A stretch of 64,000 nt of DNA, from the NCBI GenBank assembly GCA_015680685.1, contig MNCI01001860.1, positions 154,472-218,471 on the forward strand. The letters run 5' to 3'. The notes beneath the pieces are model-generated. The model was not told the origin of the DNA. It ran no database searches and saw only the letters and a program-made list of their open reading frames with translations. Made by a program: the position numbers and the translations under genes. The stretch comes from Gnetum montanum (Eukaryota > Plantae > Gnetophyta). Shown here piece by piece: positions 55,501 to 64,000 of the stretch. Position 1 is the stretch's first letter. Each line of letters opens with the position of its first letter.

Positions 55501-55788
55501 AACAGGTACAGTAAGTCAATCTATATATACATGCCAAGAGTTAGAAAATTTTTCATTCTTCCATTTTACAAGAAGAGAAGTTTTTGTTGTTTTTTTGAGC
55601 TTTAGCAACCAAACTTCATGAAGCTATAACTTTCTTACTATAGCTCCAATTTTTGTAATTCTTGAACCCTGTTGATTATAGATTACTCAACTTAGTCATG
55701 GGGGAGGGGTCTCAAACTTCATGAAGCTATAACTTTCTCACCGTGTACTATATTTTTTAACTTTTTGCTCTATGTTTTCCTACAACAG

Positions 55789-58621
55789 TCATCCCTTCTG
55801 ATGAAGTTACCATTGTATCAGGGCATACTGAGGCCACCCTATTTATGAAATATGCAGAGGTAGAGTGGTCACAAAAATGGTTGCAGATGAAAGCTCCTGA
55901 GTTGATCATCAGCCACCTTACCCAAGCAGGTTTGATGGACATGTTCACTGCTTTGACTTCCAATGTTCTGGCGATTGAGATGATCACCATTGTTGATTCT
56001 TTCAGTGATGATGCTTCCCATTCTTTCAATGTTTGAGGAGTCAAGGTATCTTTCCACCTGACCACTAAGTTCCTTTCCAATCTTTTTGGCAGGCCAATGG
56101 ATGGTGCTAGGGTGGCCATAGATAAAACAACTAAAGAAGGCCAGGTTCTAAAAGAGCTTGAAGAGTGGTTAGGCATGTCTCAAGGTCCTAAAGGTTTTGC
56201 TATGCAAGATGATACCGAATCAATGGAGATGAACTTCTTGTATCCTCTCTTCTAGGCACGGGCATTCCTTAAATCTCTCTCTTAAGGAAGGAACCTTGGG
56301 ATCGAGTTTGCACATGTTGTACATGCAGTCTTAGAGTTAGGCATGCATTACAACTAGGCATAGTTTCTTAGATCTAGCTTTCATGAAGAGATTATCAGAT
56401 TACGGTCAAACATCCATGTCAAATCCCACTTCACATTTGCTTTCTTCGTGGGGTACCTACATAGGTTTTCTGAGTTCTTAGTAGTTTATGTTGATAACCG
56501 TTATATATTGAGGGATCGTTCACAGTTGTCCCACCCCTGGATTCATCATTTTTTAGCACCATTAGATCTCAGGACCCACCCAAAGGCATCAATGAATCAG
56601 TGTCTGTCACTACTGGGGGTGCAGCTTGTCATTCCCATCATTCCCATGATAGCTTGGGATTGGAACTTCCTATACTACACACGTCTGTTAAAAGGGCTGA
56701 ATGTCTGATTTGTGAGATCGTTGGGAGGTTAAAGGAGAAGGTGAAGAGGAATGAACACCCAAAGGAGCCTACTCCAGAGGTGAGACCACCAAGAGAGAAG
56801 AAGATCCACTTTGTACTACTAGTGGAGGCTAAGTATTTTATTTTATTGTTACATATTTACTTTTTTATTGTTTTTTGGATTATATGTTATTAAATGTACA
56901 TATATGCTATGTCATACTAATTCTAGGATTTTGGTATTATTTAGAGGAAAGTCCTGAGAGGGAGAGAGGTCATGGCCTCGATGGTTAAAGCAGAAGCGGT
57001 CATCACAGGGCCAAAGGAAGAAGGAAAAGAAGGGGAAGAAGCAATGGAGGAACCTCCTACTCCTCAAGAGGAAGATGTGACAAGCATCGTGGGGACAAAG
57101 CTTGCGGAGGCTTTGGATGCACTTAGGCATTCAAGTGATGAAAGAGGTGTCTTTGATGGTTTCTTCTAGGGATCTTTGCAACTTGGTTATCCACCCAAGC
57201 TAACCAACAAAGGGCTTTTTGGTATGTTCCTTTTAGCTCAATCCATATTTTGGTACCCTTTTTACTTTTATGTGTTATTTTTCTATTATCTTGATTTTTT
57301 CTAGCATCAGAGGTAGATGTTGAGATTTCTAAGGCACATACATCCTAGGCAATGGTGTTAGGATCATAGGTTCTGATTGAGGTGACCTCCCCTACTTGTC
57401 CCACATCAACTGACCAACTAAGGCCATGGCCTAAGATGCCTAGTAAAATGGACTTTGTCACAGGCATCGTTAATGATGTGGTCACTCCCCTACAATAGGC
57501 TCATCCAGATCTAAGTATATGTCTATTACGTATTTGTGCTAAGTGTCTGGGTTTATTGTGTTTCTTTGCTTTCATTGCTGATTATAGCTGATTCATATGT
57601 GGGATACTTACACCTACAAGCACCAAGCTCCAATGGGATCCTTCTGAGGCAACTCATATTGATGCCCTCTCTAAAATGTCAAGGAATATTGAGTAAGTCC
57701 CTAGAAAGGTTTACGATGCAGTTTTTGGTTGTGTCGTACAAAACACTAAGTCACTTTGGACTTGTAGGCATTCAGTTGAATATCTATGGGACAAGGTACA
57801 CTGATTGAAGGAAGCACTAACAAAGAAGAGAGAGGAGAAGAGGGATCTCCAATCCTATTATGATTTTGCTGTTGCATAGAAGTCTAGTCATAGCATCTGG
57901 TGCACATCTGAAATCACCTATGCACGTTACTGGATGATTTTAAATAGCAAAGTGTAGGTGACACAGGATTTAGCATAACAAAGGGCACAAATGGATTTTC
58001 TGAATAGGAAATGTCACGATTGGAAATCCTTTGTTGCTAAGGTACATAAGTGGGGTCAAGACCAAAAGGACCACACGCATCAGTACAAGAAATAGTTAAA
58101 GGAGGAGTCAGTTGAACATCGTCAGATGGAGATGTTCATTGATGGGCTTGGCTTGCGTCCTCCTTACGATAGGTTTTCTGAGTGCATCGAGGTGGAGGGA
58201 TCTCCTGAGAGAACCATTACTATCACCTCCGGGGAGGCTTCGATAGGCATGTTCTCTCTTGAGCGCCCTACCTGGACTTCGGTGGACAAGGTTAAAACCT
58301 TGGCTGGTATTGATCTTGGCTTAGAGGAGGATTGGATAAATGTGCCTGAGGAAGAGATTCTACGGCATTTGGAGGCCATCCTAAGGCCTTCCTTACTTGT
58401 GAGTGTTTTATTATGGCACTTATTTTTATATGGTTTTATTGTTTTCATTGTTAATGTTACTGTTTTTTTTTAGTTTTGCATTCATGATTTGCTTTATTAC
58501 TCTTACCTCTTTTTTTGTCTTTTTCTTGGCTCTGTTATAGGGACATGTTAATGATGGAGTTGGCCCCAATAGAGCGAGAGTAGATGATGAAGAAGATCTT
58601 GGGGACCTGCACCCTTCATGA
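55789..58621 (+). pseudogene. Spliced ORF2 (Athila env-like/plant transposon protein domain plus charged region); predicted introns 56833-56946, 57222-57304, 57515-57587, 58399-58540
   Basis: Acceptor (pyrimidine tract + CAG) at 55788. Domain GLMDMF...V*GVKVSF....LSNLFGRP. Four T-rich GT-AG segments whose removal joins the flanking reading frames; residual stops are mostly TAG/TGA from CAG/CGA. Confidence 0.65.
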
Positions 58622-59013
58622 GCTTACTATTAATCAAGCTTTAGCTATTAAATGTTTTGGATTTTTGGATGTTTAATGGAAATGTATGATGGACAAATGT
58701 AATAATATGGATCTAATCATGGCATAATGTGTTGGAATTTTATTACCATATTCATGTATCATTTTTTATTTTATATGTTTTTTTTTGTTTTCTCAAGTAT
58801 TATCGTGAACATATGCATCTAGCTAAATGTAAAATGAGGGAACAAAAAGTAAATCCAATATTTGTAAAAGAGGAAAGTAATGAGAAGGCATGAATTGAAA
58901 TTATAACTTGTAACTTGTATGTAGCTAGCTAGAGGAAGTTCTTGTATGTAGCTAGCTAAAGGAATGTTCTTGTTATGCCACCAACTAATATTTTTGGAAC
59001 AAGAGATGCTCAA

Positions 59014-60350
59014 ATGCTCACTAGTACCTCAATGAATCTTACCAAGCATGAAGATGTTCTAGATAGATTACTGCAGATGGTTTAGTTCATGAAGAATCTT
59101 TTCAATATCCCTAGTGATATCACTGTAGTGCAATATAATTTTCTTACCACTAAAGGAAATTTGATCATGGCCAAACAAAGGCAGAACATGAAAAAAATAA
59201 GGTGTAGAGGCTATAAGAAGAAGTAGAAATCGTGAGAGTCGAAAGTAGAGACCCTACATAATTTGTGATCCTAAACCAACTTAACCAATTTAGAATAGAT
59301 TAGGTGAGGTAGCTCATTGTCTGCAACATCAAGGTGGAGATGGAAAGAGAGAAGGCTATGTAAAATGCCTCATTGGCAGAAGGCTAGATATATGCATATG
59401 CCAAAGCTCTCACAACTTTAGAGGAGGAGAATAAAAAGCTCACTGCTGATAACACAATGTTGATAGATGTAGAGAAAAAAAAGAATTTTCTTGAGGAAAG
59501 TATTCATTAATTGTGAGAAACATTAATCAAAGTAAACCATGATATTAGTAGATTAGCCTAAGAAAATAGGATTATATTAGTGGAAGATGTCTATGCAATT
59601 AGATAGAAATCAACCATTGGGATAATCATGTGATAAGATGAGGCCAAGAGGCATGAAAAGCTCAAAGAGCATTTTAGGGATCAAATGGACATGTACAATT
59701 AGATAAATGAGAAAGAAATTGAGATGACAAAAGCTAATATCAATTCCATCATAGCCTAGACTTCAGATTGGTAGCCCATCCTAGATAGTTTAGCCCATGT
59801 CCACCAAGTAAAGATAAAGAAGTAAAGACCTACATATAGAATATCTTATAGAATACACTGGGTTAGCAATTCTCGGATATGCTAACTTGGCCATGTTAAC
59901 AACAAGACAACCTTGGAATTAGCTAGAGTAGTAGGTAACAACTGTGTATGTGATGTATTAGAAAGATTTTGTTGACAAAAAAGACACATTTTGGAAACTA
60001 CATGTGGCAAACTCTGAGCTCAAAATAGTAAAGGCTAGCTACTAAGGCAAAAATGATGTAGCAAAAAACCTAGCATGCCAAATGTTAAACTACCAAGAAT
60101 TGAGAAAGGTGTCCAAGGCTTTTGAGAAAGAAAGATAGCAGGTTTTGGTGTGGTACCTAAAAGTAAACATTCCTGTAGTTTCCATGCCCATGGGATATAC
60201 TGACTCTTTCAAACATCAACCAATTAGCATAGATAGTACATGATCATAGAATAGAGGAAGAAAAGCTTCAATTACTCATGAACTATTACAAATTCCAAAA
60301 GCCTAATGATAAAGGGAAGAAGCTAATGGAAGAGCCTCCACTACCCTAAA
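59014..60350 (+). pseudogene. Decayed ORF3, coiled-coil-like
   Basis: Purine-rich frame such as MEREKAM..ASLAEG.IYAYAKALTTLEEENKKLTADNTMLIDVEKK...EAKRHEKLKEHFRDQMDMY, with stops at Gln-derived codons. Confidence 0.5.
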
Positions 60351-62779
60351 CATAAGGCTACATCGAGCTACTTCAAGTTTTGTTTTGTTTTGTTTTTTCA
60401 TGTTTACTGTGTCATTTTGTAAACATACCAATGTGTTATTGATAGAGTCATGTAAATATTTAGTTGTGTCAAATTAAGTCTACCTCCTTATTTTTTGAGG
60501 GACTCTATCCTCATTTTGTTTTAGCTTGAGGATGAGTTTCTAGTTAGTCATGGGGGTATAATAAAATCATTTTTTATTGTAATGCAATATCGTATCTATG
60601 ATATCATAGCTATGATGTCATAGCCCATCCTACATCATCATTGACGCAATGTCTTTGGATTTATGTAGCCCTATAAATACTAGCACTTGGATGAAAAAAC
60701 GTGAACTTTTCATTCCAACAATTAGCTGTAACAATTTTATTTTGTAGTCCAGTAATGGAGTGAATGCATGCATTGTGGTATTGAGTAGTTGTACGGTGTC
60801 TTTATTTGAGTGAATTATACTTGGATACAATTTATGATCGACAATAAAGATCGAGATTGCTTTTCATCATTGCAACATCCACTTAGTTTTCTATTTTTCA
60901 CTTAGAATAATTTTCTTGTTTTGATAGTTAATAATTTACAATTAAAGCACTTTATTTTACATATTATTAGTAAGAGGTATGGATATGACTAGATTTGAGT
61001 GCTAAGTATAGTTATCTAGTAACCCAGTAGTGGCATTGCTTAATTCACTTAGTAGTAATATCACTTGGAAATTCTTGTATCAACTACATGAGTTCAAGGT
61101 GTGTATGGTAGGTTAAGATTGGATATTTATCATACTAGGGTAAGTTAGATTTATGTTTTCTTAGTTTACTAGACTTAGAGTTTATCTTCAACTATGTTTA
61201 CCATTAGGAGCATTAAGAGCCTTGAAACATCAACTAATCATATGCCTCACTAATAGTCAAAACATACACTCAAACTTCACTAACTTGAAGTGGGAAGATA
61301 GTGATCTTGAACTTAACATCAAATTAGCAGCATAATTACATTATCCATGCATGAATTACAATTTAGTCACATGCAAACACTCATGACATGTATGGTAGAG
61401 TGCTGGGATACCTCTATCGCTCATCAAACCCTTTCTAAATTCTTAGTTAGCTTAAAATAAAACAACTTTAGCATGTAAGCTTAAGATAACTTAATAATAA
61501 TGTTGTCCAAGACTCTAAGATAACTAAAATCATCAAGTTGTTAAGTTATTTTAATTATTTTTACTATTAGTCACCATAATTTTCAAAAATAGGGTGTTAG
61601 AAAATTTTTAAAAAACACATCCTTAACCTCCCTACCCTCCCTCCCCCCTTCCCCCACCCAAAAATAAATAAGCTTAACTCTAAAAATGCACAAGTTTTTC
61701 AATAATTTAAAACAAAGGTCTAGTTCATAATATGGCTAATAAATGTTGAATTTAGAGGAAATTTCAATAGAAAAGCATTAAAGATAATTCAAAATTGATG
61801 AGAAGTAGTTCCAAACTTATGCATAATGTTTGAGAAGTTTTCCATGATGCCCTGAAAGATGTGAAACAAAGACCCAACACATGATGTTAATGTTTGCATC
61901 TTGATTGGCAATATTATTAACAAAAACATAGTAAACATCCATAAAAAATAAAGAAAATGACTCAAGTAAAGGGAAAATTATAATGAAAATAAAAAATACA
62001 AGAAATGAAAAACATATTAAGAATCAGAAAATTTTGAAGAAATAGAAAAATGGTAAACAATTGTAAAACAAAAAGTAAAAAATGTACTGATTAGTTCTTA
62101 ATTCAAGATGAGGCATCTCTTCGATGACTAAAATTATGGGCAAGCATTCAAAAAATGGACCACACATTTACTTGGTTATATACCATAAGTTTTCCATTTA
62201 TCATCTTTAGTAATTTAAGTTTTCTCTTGTTAGCATATTTGACATTGATGATAATTAGGTTTTGATCATTTAGAGACATATATTTAGATAGAATTGAATG
62301 TATTTCCTTTTTATAGGGTCTAGATATGTTTTCCTTTTGATTTTCTATTTTAATTCTTGAGTCTCCTTGTTTAACATCTTCTTTTATTGTATAGTCAAAG
62401 TGTAAGATCTCGTTCTGTAAGTTCTCTATTTGGTTCATTTTCTTACTAGGTTGAATGTTTCCATGCATCTTTTGAATGGTTTGGCATTCTCATTTGTGAG
62501 CCACTAAATGTATATTGGTTTAGTGGATATTGTATAAACTTAGTTTTCCACACACACTTGTGAAACACCGTGAAAATTTCGAGGCCTTGACAGTTCGGCA
62601 AAAAAGCTGGTGACTCAGACAAAGGGCTGCAACAAGGCACGGCACAGCAATTTCCTTTTCAACTGAAGGTCTGTCTCACCACACTACATGGCACAACACA
62701 AGCAAATTCCAGAAGAAGGAGCAAAGTGATGGGTACACGATGGCAAAACTTCCAACCTTGCGTGTTATCTATTCCGCAA

Positions 62780-63270
62780 AGCCTTAACTTTTGGAAAATT
62801 ATGCTGTATTACGCTACATAGCATAACATCTCATTATGTAGCATAATATCAAAGATAGTCCACCATAGTATCAAGGATAGCCAACATGCAAGACTTCAAC
62901 AACCCAGTAAAAATCTCAAGGCCTAAGCAATGATTTGCAGCATGATGCGTGTTTCAGCGAGTTTTCTTTCCTAGTTAAGGGGCCCATTACACTGCTTTAC
63001 GTAGTGTAGCATAGTAAGGTAGAAATAGAGAAAGCGCGGCAACAACACTTTAACTTTTGCTGTTTTGTTATTTTATGCTGAATTACGCTACGATGTGTAA
63101 TTCAATGTAATGTAGCGTAATTCAAGTGACGGCAAACACAATTTAGATATCAGTAGTTCATACGCCACAATACGCTCTCTAGCGTATTACGGTGTAATCA
63201 AAGGACAATTTGTTGTCAAAGCCCACATGAGGGTAGTTTACGACATGTTACGCAGCATAGCTTCATAAGC
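62780..63270. repeat. Cluster of TTACGCTAC / GTAGCGTAA direct and inverted motifs
   Basis: Perfect 12-bp inverted repeat GAATTACGCTAC...GTAGCGTAATTC (63080-63123), with variants at ~62808-62848, ~62987-63016, ~63171-63190 and ~63248-63260. Confidence 0.6.
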
Positions 63271-63354
63271 TTCAACGTCAACACATTAAGTTAATAGCAC
63301 TTTACGAGTTTAGGACACCCGTCACTTAAACCGTGTTTTTCTCCTGATCTTAAC

Positions 63355-64000
63355 CTTATAAATGCTCTAGTTGACAAAGATCAAAGGGCTGGCAAAATTT
63401 TTCTCTTTGGAGATTGGAAAGAGAGCAAAAGGAAAGAGAGGATCAATGATTGTGAGAACATCGGAGGTGATTGATGAGAGCTCTGGATCATAAACAATCG
63501 GCTATCTGATATTCTCCCCGGGGTCCAACTTCCTTGCACCCAGATTGGCTAGAACAAGGTAGATTGACCCCTCATTTGTTTCATCTTTAGATAAATTTCT
63601 TGCTGCTGGCATGTGCTTTGTCCAAACCAAAGCTCGTCTGTAATCATTGCATCAAACACATTATTTTCATAAATCCCAGATCTTGTAATCATATTCTCTA
63701 CACATTTGATTTCTTGCATCCTATTTACATAGAGCTGGTAATCACGTCTAAATTGTTTACATCGTTTTTCAATTATTTCCAAAATCATCAACATTGCATT
63801 TCCATTTTGCCACCAAATTATTACAAAAGAAAAATTTTTACTGGTTAAGTAAGTCCCTGTCTGATCGACAAGACCGTTCAGGGCACCTCGGATTCGTTTT
63901 TCTCTAGCAGGGCTCTCACATGGATCTGGGGTTAAAACTGTGTACACTGACGTTTTTCGTCATTATAGTTTTCTAGCGCTAGAAGGAGGGCCTTCATATC
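63355..64000 (+). other. Possible 5' end of a host gene (TATA, first exon, intron ~63559-63910) continuing beyond the window
   Basis: ttataaat at ~63356, CpG-retaining sequence, AAG|GTAGAT donor and ttttctctagcag acceptor. One frame is open to the window end; no recognisable domain. Confidence 0.3.

Larger units (their letters stand above)
52216..61426 (+). mobile_element. Complete pol-less Athila-like LTR retrotransposon (LTRs 52216-53089 and 60559-61426)
   Basis: Paired ~870-bp LTRs ending CTCATCA; TSD aacct/aaccc (52211-52215, 61427-61431). PBS ttggcattgttgccaaggat at 53090; PPT tgggggta at 60551-60558. Empty site at ~23805-23835. Confidence 0.92.
52060..62560 (-). mobile_element. Older repeat, copy 2 (pieces 52060-52215 and 61427-62560), BED-finger relic
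   Basis: Colinear with copy 1. Minus frame at ~62137-62245 reads CQIC-x25-HFLNACP, with TAA stops at Gln positions. Confidence 0.55.

Noticed and set aside
62148-62468. 106-aa ORF apparently conserved with 34870-35030
   Set aside because: Similarity reflects DNA paralogy; the informative frame is the shifted one containing the BED-like Cys/His pattern.
63507-63509. In-frame TGA as selenocysteine
   Set aside because: Land plants lack Sec machinery and there is no selenoprotein context.
63549-63947. 132-aa minus-strand ORF
   Set aside because: No recognisable domain, non-ATG start, and it overlaps an intron-like plus-strand segment.

Overview
Eukaryotic, land-plant-type genomic DNA. It is AT-rich, strongly CG/CHG-depleted and dominated by nested, decayed LTR retrotransposons. 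The only clearly intact host gene is a two-exon HIPP (HMA domain plus CaaX) at 42971-43480. Retroelements: an Athila-like family with TGATGAG...CTCATCA LTRs (about 8 LTR copies, including one complete pol-less element at 52216-61426), a Tat/Ogre-type pol with an extra archaeal-type RNase H, and a Sirevirus-like gag element nested in a tRNA-Met-primed LTR element. Two paralogous remnants of an older BED-finger repeat serve as empty sites for each other's insertions. Gene relics: a fused glyoxal-oxidase/CYP73A (C4H) fragment and an intronless CCR4/Angel-family nuclease split by a solo LTR. Most unusual signal: the pol-less Athila-like element appears to carry, in sense orientation, a second gene with an upstream splice acceptor and four phase-consistent GT-AG introns, followed by a third coiled-coil ORF. 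All homology calls come from motif recognition by eye, not database searches, and the species cannot be determined.
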